64,000 nucleotides of DNA, taken from NCBI GenBank assembly GCA_030390025.1, contig CM059432.1:54500001-54564000 (forward strand). Direction: 5' to 3'. Below are positions 1 through 13,481 of this stretch, piece after piece (position 1 is the stretch's first letter; every line of letters begins with the position of its first letter). Both the position numbers and the translations under genes were made by a program. The DNA comes from Squalus acanthias. Its lineage: Eukaryota. The notes under the pieces were generated by a model. It did no database searches and was not told where the DNA came from. It worked only from the letters and a program-made list of their open reading frames with translations.

Positions 1-1036
1 GCATATTTATGATTGGATTTTGGGTTTTGGGTGTAAGCCAGTGATTGGTTCAGTAAGACTCCATGGGGGACAAAATTCGATTGCTTTGCGCCTCCTGTTA
101 GCGCCCTAAGGGGGCGCTAACGGGGCACAAAACAACTAGCGCCCAGGCGCGACACCACTAACATCTCCCACGAAATTCAGCAGGAGGTTAGCGGCGGCAG
201 TAGCCGGTAGCGCCCCATGGCGCTGCACCTCCGGCGATGACATCATTGCCGTGCGCAGCGCCCCGCTCGCGCCCCGGCCACAAACTTCGGTTGCACCCCC
301 CACGTACTGCCGGACACTATGTCCGACAGGGTCAGGGGGGGGCGTATGTGTGGCCAGGGCAGCGGTATTATTTTTGCTGGCCGCCTGCCAGCACCTGCCC
401 CCTCTGCCGTCCCCCTGCCGGCCGCGATCGGGCAGCCCGGCACTCCTCTTGAGTGCTGGGCTCTTTTACCGGCACCCTAATCTTTGGTGGCCCAACTGGG
501 CCCCGGTTCGTGCAGCGCAATGCCCCTACCCTTTAATAAGGGGAGGAAGGCCAGCAGTACCGCGGCGTGACATGCCGGCACGCCTGGCACTGCAGCATGT
601 AGCACTGCGATATTGGGCTGGAGCACCCCAAGAGGGAGGGGGAGCGCTTCCAGTAGCGCCCCGCCTCCTGCTTCGGGCGCTACCATCGAACTTCGGGCGC
701 GGGGGCGTGACCCAATTTTTGCCCCCATAGGTTTTGAATGAGAATAAGGATATAAGAAGGGGCTCTCAACAGCCACAAAGAGTAGAAGATTTCAGGAAGA
801 ATCAAGGAGACACCCAGGAGACAAAGAGAGACGAGAGACAAGAGACACAGGATGCAGCTTACTCACGGTTGTGGCTTCTACCCAGGGGTAATACAAGTCT
901 CAATTACTCTCTGTAAATTGCTGCTCGATTACTGTAACATATTAAGTCTTGCTTGTGCTGAATAAAGTTAAATCACTGTCCCCAATACAGGTCAACCTCG
1001 AATCATTTGGAATCAGGGTCCCTCTGGGATTCTACA
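1..1036 (+). mobile_element. LTR (ERV/Gypsy-like), left end outside the window, interrupted by a MITE
   Basis: CCAAT-reverse motifs, TATA-like GATATAAGAA ~750, AATAAA 961-966, ends ...TACA at 1036. Shares the R/U5 block 'tgtaaa.tgctgctc...attaagtctt' with the LTR at 1616-2518. Confidence 0.6.
65..725. mobile_element. Harbinger-type MITE
   Basis: TIRs GGGGGACAAAATT / AATTTTTGCCCC and CAT target duplication. The left ~200 bp resemble the left ends of 17511 and 22328. Confidence 0.8.
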
Positions 1037-1467
1037 AAACTTATTATGATAATATGGAATGTATTGCATATAGAGTTTGAACATGTGCACACCCCCCACC
1101 CCCAACCTCACTTTTAACACATACATTTAAACAATACTAAGTTGCTAACCTATTTTATTTACTACAACAGCTGCTGGGAAGGGAGTGAGAGGAAATTAAA
1201 GAGTGGCAGTCAGAAGCTGCTTTTATATTGGTTTTGTGGCATGCTACTGCCATCAGCTCCCAGTGCGTGGGTCTTGCTTAGCCGGTGGAAACTCCCAGGT
1301 AAATTTGCCTGATTCCCTGAGGCCAGTGACTCAATCCTCCCTCTAATCCTATTTTTTTCAGAGAAGCACATTTTTTCAAGCCTGTACAATAATAAGTTTG
1401 ATTGCACAGCAGTCAGTAGATCTTACTTGTCTTCTGAAAAGTTCAGTTTACTCACAGGAATATTTTG

Positions 1468-3900
1468 TAGAATCATAATCTTACAGCACAGAAGACGACC
1501 ATTCGGCCTGTCGTGTCTATGCCGGCCCTTTGAAAGAACTGTCCAATTTAGTCCCACACCTCAGCTTTTTTCCCATAACTCCGCAAATTAGTTCTCTTAA
1601 AGTACATGTCTAACTTGGAAGGAAATATGGGTTTAGAATGTATTTGGGGAAACTGGGCCAAAAGAATTAAAAATTGCAGCCCTGCCTAGAACAGAGGATT
1701 CACCTTAAACTACTACAATTGATAATCGGCTTTTCCAGACTACCGAGTATTCTATTTATTCCTTTGTCCAATTTACAATCTCTTTAATCTTTAATTAGTT
1801 TATAATATTGGACCTTGGTAGACTACATTTAGCTTCGATAGGCCACAATTACATTCATTCCTCTAAGTAAATTAGTAAAGAGAACAATGTTTTGAGACTT
1901 GATTGCAGTCAGTAAGGCCATTAGTTTCAAGGTCTGCAGGATGGGCCATTAACCCAGAGACAATAGAAGCTTGTGATGAGACTGAAGACAGAGATAAGAG
2001 GGGCCCAAGCAACATCTGTGCCTGTATGTATCATCAATATGATTGGGTAGGTTGGGGGGAATATGGGAGAAAACATGATTGGACAAATTCTGCTGCAAGT
2101 TCCTGTTTGAGGGGTATAACCAGGGGCTTGGGACCACTCTCAGTGTAGAAGATTCGACAGTGAGCACCTGCAGGGTGAACAAGGACGAACTGTAGAGGGA
2201 ATGTGGAACAGGAGTCACAACTTCTACCCAAGGAACACTGGAGTAATATAATTCTCGACTTGTCTTCTGAAAAGTTCAGTTTACTCACAGGAATACTTCG
2301 TAGAATCATAATCTTACAGCACAGAAGGAGGCCATTCGGCCCATCGTGTCTATGCCGGATCTTTGAAAGAACTGTCCAATTTAGTCCCACACCCCACCTT
2401 GTAAACTGCTGCTCAAATATTGTAATGTATTAAGTCTTATTTATATCAAATAAAAAACACCACTGTTACCAATATGACGTCAGCTTTTGACAATTGGAAA
2501 GAGTCCAAAAGGGCTATAAATTGCCTTTTGAAGGTTCTAATGAAATCTGCTTCCACCACCCTTTCAGGTAGCATGTTCCAGATCTTAACAACCCTGTGTG
2601 TGACAAACATTCTCCTCATTTCCCCTCTAGTTCTTTTGCCAATTATTTTAAATCTATGACCTCTGATTACTGACCCACTTGCGAGAGGAAACATTTTCTC
2701 CCTAGTTGTTCTATCAAAACCCCTCATAATTTTGAACACCTCAATTAGGTCTCCCCTTAACCTTCGCTGCTGTAGAGAACAATCCCAGCTTCTCTAATCG
2801 CTCCACATAACTGAAGCCCCTCATCCCTGCTATCATCCTGGTAAGCCTCCTCTGCACCCTCTCCAAGGCCTTGACATCCTTCCTAAAGTGTGGTTCCCAG
2901 AATTGTACACAATACTCCAGCTGAGGCCTAGCCAGTGATTTGTAAAGGTATAGCATAACTTTCTTGTTTTTGTATTCAATATCCCATTTACATAGCCATG
3001 TATCCCATACGTTTTCTTAACTGTCTTATCAATTTGCCCTCCCACCTTCAAAGATTTGTAAATATGCACCCAGGCCCCTCAGCTCTTGTACCCCCTCAAA
3101 ATAGTACCATTTAGATTATTCTGCCTCTCCATGTTGTTCCTTCTAAAGTGCATCACTTCACACTTATCCACATTAAATTGTATCTGTCATGTATCAGCCT
3201 ATTTCACCAGCCTATGTCCTTCTGAAGTCTACTGTTATCCTCCGCACTATTTACTACATTACTACATTTTGTATCATTCACAAACTTTGAAATTGTACTC
3301 CCTATACCTAAGATCAGGTCATTTATATATAACAAGAAAAGCAATGGTCCTAATACCAACCCCTGGGGGACCCCACTGCATACTTCTCTCCAGTCAGAAA
3401 AACATCCGTTCACCACTACTCTCTGCCTCCAATCCCTTAGCCAATTATGTACCCAAATTACCACTGTCCCTTTAATCCCACGTGCTTCTATTTTCTGAAT
3501 AAGTCTGTTATATGGTACTTTATCAAATGCCTTTTGAAATCTATATATACAGCATCTACTGCACTACCTTCATCAACCCTCTCTGTTACTTCATGAAAGA
3601 ACTCAATCAGGTTATTCAGACATAATTTGCCTATAACAAATCCATGCTGGCTGTCCCTTATTAACCCATGCTTCTCCAAGTGAGAATTAATGTTGTCCTT
3701 GACAATAGTCTCTAGTAGTTTTCCCACCATTGGCTTTAGACTGACTAGCCTATAGTTACCAGGTTTATCCCTCTCCCCTGTTATGAATAGGGCTGTAACA
3801 TTTCCAATCCTCCAGTTCTCTGGGACCACTCCCATATCCAAGGAGGATTAAAAGATTGTGGTCAGAGCTTTGCTGTTTCCACCCTTACTTCCCTCAACAA
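1468..3900 (-). mobile_element. CR1 LINE, 5'-truncated and decayed (RT and C-terminal part), split by an LTR at 1616-2518
   Basis: Frameshifted ORF2 pieces (NYRLVSL, SQHGF, GVPQGLVLGP, LEYCVQFW) and a CR1 3' tail 'tagaatcata'. Confidence 0.9.
1616..2518 (+). mobile_element. Solo LTR inserted in the CR1 3' end
   Basis: CR1 sequence resumes across it. Degenerate TG...CA ends (TGGAA...CTATA), imperfect 4-bp TSD AACT/AATT, TATA-like GGTATAA ~2113, AATAAA ~2449. Confidence 0.6.
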
Positions 3901-3904
3901 TGCT

Positions 3905-4620
3905 CCCTGTAATTTTGTTTGGGTGCGCGGCCCCTTTAAGTGGCTGAGTGGCCCATTCAAATTTTCGCGCATGCGCGGTTATTCCAATTGAACAGCTGGT
4001 GAGTGGCCTGCGCGGGAGCTCCAGACTGCTGCGCAGCTTAAAGGGGCTATTGCCTAGGAGGCATCCCATCTGGACTTATTTAGCACCCCCTTTCTATCTA
4101 TTTTTATCCTATCCAATATCTCTACTCCCTCCTACTGCAACATTGGCTCAGATTTTCCAGGGCCTATGACCGCGTACACAGCCGTAAGCGCCTCGCAAGT
4201 TCCGGGTTTACACATGCGCTGCGCATGCACGAAAACCCGGGACTGCGATCTGTCAAGAATCTTCTTGACAGATATCCTCTGCATCCCCAGGAAATGGCCA
4301 TTCGCTGGCGGAGAGTTGGGCCCAGTGAATGCCCAGGGAACTCTTACGCCTGGTAGAAGCAAGCGTAAGGTCTTCTTTTACCAGCGCAAGGGTGAAAATA
4401 AATATTAAAATAAATGTTTTAAAATCATTTTAACATTCAAAAACCTGTAAAATAAGTTTGTGTTATTTTTGTTCCCTTGAAAAGTGTTTACATTTATTTT
4501 TCAAAAAATTAAATTTTTGTTTAAAATGTTTAATTAAATTGTATTTTAATTCATTTTAAACATGTAATGATTTTTTTATTTCAGTGCTGTAAAAATCTAT
4601 TTTTTGGGTGATTCCTATTA
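3905..4620. mobile_element. Fragments of Harbinger-type non-autonomous elements
   Basis: GGCTCAGATTTT terminus ~4145, a GCGCATGC-centred hairpin and an AT-rich block resembling the 15404 family. Confidence 0.55.
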
Positions 4621-6083
4621 AGTAGTGGTTCTACTGATCTCCAGCCAAAGTAGGAGATTAGGAGAGCTCCTGTAGAACATTCAGGCCATTATATTTAAAT
4701 GGATACTCGCTATCATTTTTTATTATCAGTGCCGGAGATGAGATAGGTGATTTAGGAATAGGATTTTACAACCAATGAGCATCAAAACTTTTGCTCCTGA
4801 CTAAAAGTAGGACTTGAGAGAAATTTATAAATTATATTTTTGCAAATTAAACTCACTACTTGGCGCCCACTTGCACAATTGTAAATGTGCAACACTGCCA
4901 GTAAAAATATTTAACATTATTGAATGATGTCAGTTGTTTCAGTACATAAAATATTCTTCCATTACATTACTGGCAAATGTAACTTGTTTATTCCAGATAC
5001 AGCGAGCCAATCACACCTGTTGTGAGACTACGATTAGCTGCATTAGGGAAATTGTCTGGGTAGAGATGTTTTGAGATAATTAGCCCCCTAGTTCTTATGG
5101 TGAGATTCTACAATTAAACTAGCTTGTTTATTACAAAGTATTCATTTATTTATGTAGAGGGATTTATGCTTCAAGATACCATTGCCAATGCTAATGGGTA
5201 CTAAACATAACAGAGTCACAAGCCAGGATTTTCAATTCTGTTATATCCATATATGGACACAATTGTGGAGTAATGTACTGCAAATATTGACGGGGATCAC
5301 TTAAGCCAAATTGCTGTGCCTGACAAGCATTTCCGATGGGATTCTTCAGGAGGCAAGAGCTTCCTGTTAATATTATAATGAAGAGGAGATGACATCATAT
5401 GGAAGTCCTTACTATTTCCTGTTGTTTATGCTGGATATGCATTCAGTCATAAGTACATTCATGTAAGACTGACAATCAAAATTAATTAAAAGCTGTTCAA
5501 TGCTGAAACGATGGTTTAAGGGGACAGAGGAAGATAAATCACTTTTGAAGGAAACCATTGTTAATGTTTTGGTGCTTTTTTTTTGTTATCCACTTTTGTA
5601 TATTTAGTTAGGGTTGTGGTAGTGCCTTGTTTTAATTAGGTCCTAGAAATTTGGGCAATGGCTTCCCTATGGAAATCCCACTGTACTGATGAGTTCGGGA
5701 GGAAGAAGTGGAGGAACAGAGGGAAGCCATTTTGTTTAAGGCCATCAGGACCGCCTAAAAAAAGGTCTTGTTCAATTTAGCTGCAGCCCAAACATCTGTG
5801 CAGATCAGCCATTGGCCTCTGCACTGCTAAATTGGTTATCATTGCACCTGTTTTACAACCGTAAAACAGTTGCAACAATGTTGAATTTAGGACCCAATAA
5901 CTGTCACCAGAGATAGTCTATTTATTCTTTAAAGCTGATATAGTATACGAAAAACCTCCACTCCATGCATATGTGAACAAACGCAAACAGCACCGAATAA
6001 ACAATCACTATGTATTATATATATAGAGCATCGGTGACAAAAATGTATTGTTAAATAAGACTAGGTTATTCGGTTGTATGTGA

Positions 6084-6202
6084 GGGGTAATTTTCTGAAG
6101 CTGCACTTCCTAATTTTAAAGGATGGAAAATCGTGAATTCCCAATTTCCACTCCCAGTGGGCAAGGCTCCATGCTGGAAATGTGATTTTGTAAAAATTAC
6201 CC
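6084..6202. mobile_element. Small MITE
   Basis: TIRs GGGGTAATTTT / AAAATTACCC. Confidence 0.55.
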
Positions 6203-6239
6203 TGTGCTTTCATCCATGAACAATCATAATTAAAGATCC

Positions 6240-6625
6240 TATGCGGTTAGTTAGTCCACTGATCTTTCACCTATGGAATCTGGATTTGAATCAATCCCTT
6301 GTCTTTGCCAGTTATATAGAGCTTAAGTGAAATTACTTTAAGCAGTCTCAACTTAGTTCTTACCAAACACAAATCTACAGCACAAAAGTACCCACAATTA
6401 AGCACTAATTGGAACTAAAGTGTCAGTCTTAGAAAGATGACTAGTGTGAGAATGTAAAGGTCGAGTTGTGTTAGGTCAAGCTACATTGTTGGGGCAGTAG
6501 ATGGAGCTTTATTCTGCTTCTGAACTGTGCTACACCTGACTGTTAGTACTTGATACTGACAATTAAATATAGACTAGTAAATGGAAAACATGTTCCATTC
6601 CACAGAACTGACATCCCTCACCATG
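6240..6625 (+). mobile_element. Old tRNA-derived SINE relic
   Basis: Degenerate tRNA-like head. The body block 'ggagcttt...tgtgcta..cctgac' recurs at ~14195-14250. Confidence 0.4.
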
Positions 6626-6957
6626 ACAATGAGAGAAATGCACTCAGAAAATAATTAACTAACAATCATAATTAATTCAGTGTGTGGCCAGTGGAGCTGC
6701 AAGGTACTCTCTTGACTTAGATAGAATGTATATGTCAACATTTTCCGAAATGTAAGATTTCAAAATGTAAATGTAAATGGAGTGTTTGAATACATCCTTC
6801 CCTTATCCATGAGTATATCTTAGTTAAGTCCCAGAAAATTAGACAATGGGTTACCCAATGGGACCACTGCTAATTTTTATGTTTTCTAGAGGAAGAAAAG
6901 GAGCAACAGAGGAAAGCCAAGAAAGTGAGGAAGCACCTCAAGAAGACTGTACCCATT

Positions 6958-7425
6958 TAACCCCATCCTCCCTCATCCCTTCTTTCTGCTCTAGCTCCCC
7001 TCCTCCCCTGCCATCTTCTCCCTTCTTCCTTTCCCCCTTCTGCCTCTCCCCCTCTCGTCCCTCTCCTCTCACCTCTGCCTCTCCTTCCCTCTCTCTTTCT
7101 CCCCTCCTATCTCACCCTTCATCCCATTCTCCCCTTTTCTCCACTGCCTCCCCTCTTGTTCTCTCCCAAATACTCCCCTCCCCTTTCCCCATTCCAACCT
7201 GTTTTACTCCTCACTCCTCCCCTCTTTTCCTCTCCCTCTTTTACTTTATTTGCCTTTTCTCTCCCATTACCCTCCCCGCTCCTCCTTGCCCTCCTCTCTC
7301 CCCTTCTCTTCCTCTCCCTTGATCTGATCTTTTGTCTCTCCTTTAATGAGCTCAGTTTCTCTCTCTCTCTTTCTCTTTCCTTCTCTCTCACAGTCTCTGG
7401 TGATCTCTCTTTCTCTCCTTTTTTG
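6958..7425. repeat. Polypyrimidine/polypurine low-complexity tract
   Basis: About 470 bp almost entirely C/T on the + strand. Confidence 0.9.
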
Positions 7426-7815
7426 ATCTAAACAGGTAGTTAAATTAGGCAAAACTGTTTGGAAATGTAATTGTACAACATTATGAGAACACTTGGTTGG
7501 AAACAGTGTTGCATGTGAAATTTATTACAAGTTTGATTTTAACTGTTTTCATCTCTTAACTGGTGTTTAGAGGCAGTACATTTAGCTAATCTATCATTGC
7601 TTTTACAGAAAGTCATTCTTGAATGCAGAGTTTGCCTTCACTGTATGTGCTTGATTGTAATTTTATTTGATATGTACGGCTCTTACTGTAGGCAGTAAGA
7701 ATTATTGTATTGTATTGTTCTACCTGTTATTTTACTTGAATACATTTCTTCTCTCTTACAATACCATGCGCAGCCTGCCACTCAAACCGGAATAAAATGA
7801 ACAAGTGGGACCAGT

Positions 7816-10800
7816 TAGAATCAATACAGCACAGAAGGAGGCCATTCGGCCTGTCAAGCCTATGCCAGCTCTCTGCAAGAGCACTTCAGCTAGTCCCACT
7901 CCCCCACCCTTTCCCTGTAGCCCTGCAAATTTTTTTCCTTCAGGTACTTATCCAATTCCCTTTTGAAAGCCACGATTGAAACTGCCTCCACCATCCTCTC
8001 AGGCAGTGCATTCTAGATCATAACCACTCGCTGCGTAAAAAAGTTTTTCCTCATGTCGCCTTTGGTTCTTCTGCCAATCACCTTAAATCTGTGTCCTCTG
8101 GTTCTCGACCCTTCCACCAACAGGAACAGTTTCTCTCTATCTACTCTGCTTAGACCCCTCATGATTTTGAACACCTCTATCAAAGCACCTCTCAAACTTC
8201 TCTGCTCCAAGGAGAACAACCCCAGCTTCTCCAGTCTATCCACATAACTGAAGTCCCTCATCCCTGGAACCATTCTTGTAAATCTTTTCTGCACCCTCTC
8301 TAAGGCCTTCACATCCTTCCCAAAGTGTGGTGCCCAGAATTGGACACAATACTCCAGTTGAGGCCAGACCAGTGTTTTATAAAGGTTCATCAAAACTTTG
8401 TTGCTTTTGTACTCTTATGCCTCTATTTATACAGCCCAGGCTCCTGTATGCTTTTTTAACCACTTTCTCAACCTGCCCTGCCACCTTCAACGATTTGTGC
8501 ACATATACCCCCAACTTTCTCTGTTCATGCACCCCCTTTAGAATTGTACCGTTTAGTTGATATTGCCTCTCCTCGTTCTTCCTACCAATATGTATCGCTT
8601 CACACTTTTCGGCGTTAAATTTCATCTGCCACGTGTCCGCCCATTCCACCAGCCTGTCTATGTCCTCCTGAAGTCTATCAACTATACTCCTCACTGTTCA
8701 CTATACTTCCAAGTTTTGTGTCATCTGCAAATTTTGAAATCATGCCTTGTACACCCAAGTCCATGTCATCGATATATATCAAGAAAAGCAGTGGTCCGAG
8801 AACCGACCCCTGGGGAACACCACTGTATACCATCCTCCAGTCCGAAAACAACCGTTCACCACTACTCTCTGTTTCCTGTCACTTAGCCAATTTCGTATCC
8901 ATGCTGCTACTGTCCCTTTTATTCCATGGGCTTCAACTTTGCTGGCAAGCCTATTATGTGGCACTTTATCAAACACCTTTTGGAAATTCATGTACACCAT
9001 GTCAACCGCATTGCCCTCATCAACCCTCCCTGTTACCTCATCAAAAAACTCAATCAAGTTAGTTAAACACGATTTGCCTTTAACAAATCTGTGCTGGCTT
9101 TCCTTAATTAATTCACACTTGTCCAAGTGACTGTTAATTTTGTCCCTGATTATCGTTTCTAAAAGCTTCCCCACTACCAAGGTTAAACTGACTGGTCTGT
9201 AGTTGCTGGGTTTATCCTTACACCCTTTTTTGAACAAGAGTGTAACATTTGCATTTCTCCAGTCCTCTTGCACCACTCCTGTATCCAAGGAGGATTGGAA
9301 AATTATGGCCAGTACCTCCGCAATTTCCACCTTAACTTCCCTCAGCATCTGAGGATGCATCCCATCCGGTCCTGGTGACTTATCTACTTTAAGTACAGAC
9401 AGCCTTTCTAGTACCTCCTCTTTATCAATTTTTATCCCATCCAGTATCTCAACTACCTCCTCTTTCAACATGACTTTGGCAGCAACTTCTTCCTTGGTAA
9501 AGACAGATGCAAAGTATTCATTTAGTACCTCAGCCATGCCCTCTGCCTCCATGCATAGGTCTCCTTTTTGTTCCCTAATCAGCCCCACCCCTCCTCTTAC
9601 TAGCCTTTTACTATTTATATGCCTATAGAAGACTTTTGAATTCCCTTTTATGTTAACTGCCAATCTATTCTCATACTCTCACTTTGCTCCTCTTATTTCC
9701 TTTTTCACTTCTCCTCTGAACTTTCTATATTCAGCCTGGTTCTCACTTGTATTCTCAACCTGACATCTGTCATATGCCCCCTTTTTCTGCTTCATCTAAG
9801 TCTCTATCTCTTTCATCATCCAGGGAGCTCTGACTTTGGTTGCCCTACCTTTCCCCCTCGTGGGAATGTCCCTCGACTGTAACCAAACCATCTCCTCTTT
9901 AAAGGCAGCCCATTGTTCGATTACAGTTTTGCCTGCCAATCTTTGATTCCAATTTGCCAGGGCCAGATTCATTCTCGACCCATTGAAATTGGCCTTCCTC
10001 CAATTAAGTATTTTTACTCTAGAATGCTCCCTGTCCTTTTCCATAGCTAATCTAAACCTTATGATACTGTGATCACTGTTTCCTAAATGTTCCCCTACTG
10101 ACACTTGCTCCACTTGACCCACCTCGTTCTCCAGAACCAGATCCAGCAATGCCTCCTTCCTCGTTGGGCTGGAAACGTACTGATCAAGAAAGTTCTCTGA
10201 ACACACTTCAGAAATTCTTCCCCCTCTCTGCCCTTTACACTATTACTATCCCAGTCAATATTAGGATAGTTGAAATCCCCCATTATCACTACTCTATAGT
10301 TCTTGCAGAATACACCTAGTAGTGTAATGGCACCTCTATTGTTTCTTAACTCTAACCAAATAGATTCTGTCCTTGACCCCTCCAGGACATCCTCTCTCTC
10401 TGGCACTATAATATGCTCCTTAATCAATACTGCCATCCCACCTCCTTTCTTTCCTTCCCTATATTTCCTGAACACCTTATATCCAGGAATTGTTGTACCC
10501 AATCCTGCCCTTTTTTGAGCTAGGTCTCCGTTATCGCCACAACATCATATTCCCATGTGTCTATTTGCGCCTGCAGCTCACCAACATTATTTACCACACT
10601 TGGTGCATTTACACACATGCACTGTAAACCTATCTTAGACCTTCTTGTATTCTCTCTTAGTCTGACCCCACCTAATACCGTACTATATCTTACTCTAGTG
10701 CTATCTGTCTCTCCCAATCCTTTGTGCACCTTGTTTCTCCTTTCTAATGCTACATCCTGGTGCCCATCCCCCTGCCAAATTAGTTTAAACCCTCATCAAC

Positions 10801-11650
10801 AGCACTAGCAAACCCTCCCCACCGCGAGGATATTGGTCCCGGCTCTGTTGAGGTGCAACCTGTCCGGCCTGTACAGGTCCCACCTCCCCCAATGTCCCAG
10901 GAATCTAAAGCCCTCCCTCCTACACCATCTCTACAGCCACGCATTCATCTGTGCTATCCTCCTATTTCTATACTCACTAGCGCGTGGCACCGGGAGTAAT
11001 CCGGAGATTACTACCTTTGAGGTCCTGCTTTATAATTTCTTTCTTAGCTCCCTGAAATCTGCCTGCAGGACCTCATCCCTCTTTCTACTTATGATACCGA
11101 TATGGACCTCAACCTCTGGCTGTTCTCCCTCCCCCCTCAGAATGTCCTGCAGCCGCTCAGTGACATCCTTGACCCTGGCACCAGGGGGGCAACATACCAT
11201 CCTGGAATCATGTCTGCGGCCGCAGAAACGCCTGTCTGTTCCCCTAACTATCGAATTCCCCTATCACTATTTATTTCCCAATCTTCCTCCTCCCCCCCTG
11301 TACCGTGGACTTGGCTCTGGCTGTACTCCCCAGAGGAACCATTGTCCTCACCAGTATTCGGTTAGAGAGTGAGATGCACTCAGGGGACTCCTGCACTACC
11401 TGCCTGGTCCTCCTTGTATGTCTGGTGGTCACCCATTCCCTCTCTGCCTGTACACTCTTATGTTGCAGGGTGACCACCTCTTGAAATGTGCTATCCACTT
11501 AGCTGTCAGCCTCACCGAAGCTTGAGCTCCTCCAGCTGACGACACTTCCAGGACACGGGAAGTGTCCTGGAGTTCCCACATGGCATAAGATGTGCATTTC
11601 ACAGGACTGAGGTGCCCTGCCATGCCTCTATTTAATAGACTAGTTATCTT
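7816..11650 (-). mobile_element. Near full-length CR1 LINE (ORF1 zinc-finger/esterase, ORF2 APE endonuclease-RT), decayed
   Basis: ORF1 start MAGHLSPVKC at 11623. ORF2 motifs VAITET, MGDFNYP, LDLVL, SDH, KSPGPDG, NYRPVSLT, LEYCVQFW lie in several frames. 3' tail at 7816. Confidence 0.95.
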
Positions 11651-11979
11651 CTAAGAGGGAGGAACTCGAGGACGCAAGCCACAGTCCCCATTGCATCTAG
11701 TTAACTATTTGTAAATAGGTCCAATTTGGATTTAAGGCTATGTTGGGATTAATGAATTGTGAGAATTTGTATCAGCAAGGAATAAATTGACATAACTTTA
11801 GTCACAGCCTCAGATTTCCCCTTAATTAATGGATAAGTAAGCATGAATATCTGGAGCAACAATAATTACTGAATTCACGCTCCATATCATTAATTTATAA
11901 AACAAGTTAAATGTGAAATACAAAAACTTCAGATAACTTATCTGTAATAAGTTGAAATAAATACAGTGATGTGTTTTAA

Positions 11980-12296
11980 GGGCAACGCGGTGGCATAGTG
12001 GTTAGCACTGTTGCCTCACAGCGCCAGGGACCCGGGTTCGAATCTGGCCACGGGTGACTGTCTGTGTGGAATTTGCACATTCTCCCCGTGTCTGCGTGGG
12101 TTTCCTCTGGGTGCTCCGGTTTCCTCCCACAGTCCAAAGATGTGCGGGTTAGGTTGATTTGGCTATGATAAATTGACCCTTAGTGTTAGGGGGATTAAAT
12201 ACGTGGGGTTACGGGGATAGGGTGGGATATGTGTCGGTGCAGGCTCGATGGGCCAAAATGGCCTCTATCTGCACTGTGGGGATTCTGTGATTCTGT
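11980..12296 (+). mobile_element. tRNA-derived V-SINE (HE1-like) with CR1-derived tail
   Basis: A box TGGCATAGTGG 11991, B box GGTTCGAATC 12035, V-domain 'gtgtctgcgtgggtttcctc.gggtgctccggtttcctcccacagtccaaaga', CR1-like tail ending (GATTCTGT)2. Confidence 0.9.
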
Positions 12297-12689
12297 CTGC
12301 TCACCGGATGTGTAGTTCCTTAAAGCACATTTATGAAATGGAAACCTGATGAGACAGTTCTGAGAATCTGTAGTTGTAAGATAATGCCCAATACAGTGCT
12401 CCAAATAATTGCTAAGACAGATGTGTAAGTGTTTTTCACGAAGTGAAAAATCAGCTTCCCTTAAATGTTAATAAACTCCTTTTGTTTCATCCAAAACTAA
12501 CAATAACTCATAAGAACACAAGTCCGGAGTGAGGAAAGGGCATTCAGCCCATCAAACTATTTCAGAGCCCAGATACAATTATTCTATCATGCAGTCGCCA
12601 CTACCACCTCCATGAAAAGATAACCAAGCAGTGCTATTAATTTCTTTATACTTCTCAATCTCTAAACTATAGATAGTATTATAAACATA

Positions 12690-12838
12690 TGGGGTACAAT
12701 TTCCTCGGTGGTTCCCCAGTCTCCCTTGGTAACTTCACCAGAAGATTGCCAGAAAACTCAGAGAAACAGTATAAATGGCCATTTATACTGGTTCTCCGGG
12801 GTTTCTGCCTACGTTACAATGGAAGACTGGGAGAACCC
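12690..12838. mobile_element. Palindromic MITE remnant
   Basis: GGGGTACAATTT terminus. Arms fold around 'cagtataaatggccatttatactg'. Confidence 0.55.
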
Positions 12839-12921
12839 AGGCAACAGAGTAAAATAGCAATGCAGCTAAAGTTGAATCTGTGGTCCAAGATATTGTTAAT
12901 CTTGGCAATCGACCTGGACAA

Positions 12922-13020
12922 TTCTGATGAAAGGTCATCTGTTTCTTTCTCCACAGATGCAGCCCTGACCTGCTGAGTATTTCAGCATTTTCTCTTTTTA
13001 TTTCAGATTTCCAGCATCCT
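12922..13020 (+). mobile_element. Decayed Penelope-type pLTR fragment (hammerhead partly deleted)
   Basis: CTGATGAAAGGTCATC joined to the tail 'ctgtttct..ctccacagatgc..cctgacctgctgagtatt..cagcattttct', the same family as 62767-63690. Confidence 0.75.
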
Positions 13021-13481
13021 GCACTAACACGAGAGAACCCTTGTTATTCAAAAGCTTCCCTGCACTAAAGAGAGAGAACCCTTGTTATCCATAACTTTAC
13101 CGATATTGGGGTCTGTACTAAATTTAGATGTGCTAACAATTCGCTATGGAATTAGTAGTGCCAATCCGGTACTTATACGGAAATGATTTGCAGAGCAGAG
13201 CTATGCAAATTCTTACAGATAGATCCTTCAAAATCCAAGTTATGGTCCTGAGTTTCCCCTCGAATAATGGATAAGAAAGCGTACAGACTCCTGGAGCATC
13301 AGTAATGAATGAATTAATGATTCATCTCATTAATTTATAGAGCAAGTAAATGTCAAATTAAAACCTCCAATTACACCTGTCTTCAGTAAATTGGAATAAA
13401 AGCATTAACATATAAATGCAAAAATGAATATTTAGTATTTTAAAAGCAGATGACATTCATTGTACTTTACACTGACACAAA

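Noticed and set aside
1427..6374. 7-nt (1427-1433) and 11-nt (~6364-6374) minus-strand microexon-like signals
   Set aside because: Short or repeat-embedded. They show how often such signals arise by chance.
6846..7452. S/P-rich and R/E/G-rich ORFs
   Set aside because: Products of the C/T low-complexity tract.
11980..12055. tRNA gene
   Set aside because: The A/B boxes belong to a SINE head followed by V-domain and CR1 tail, with no Pol III terminator.
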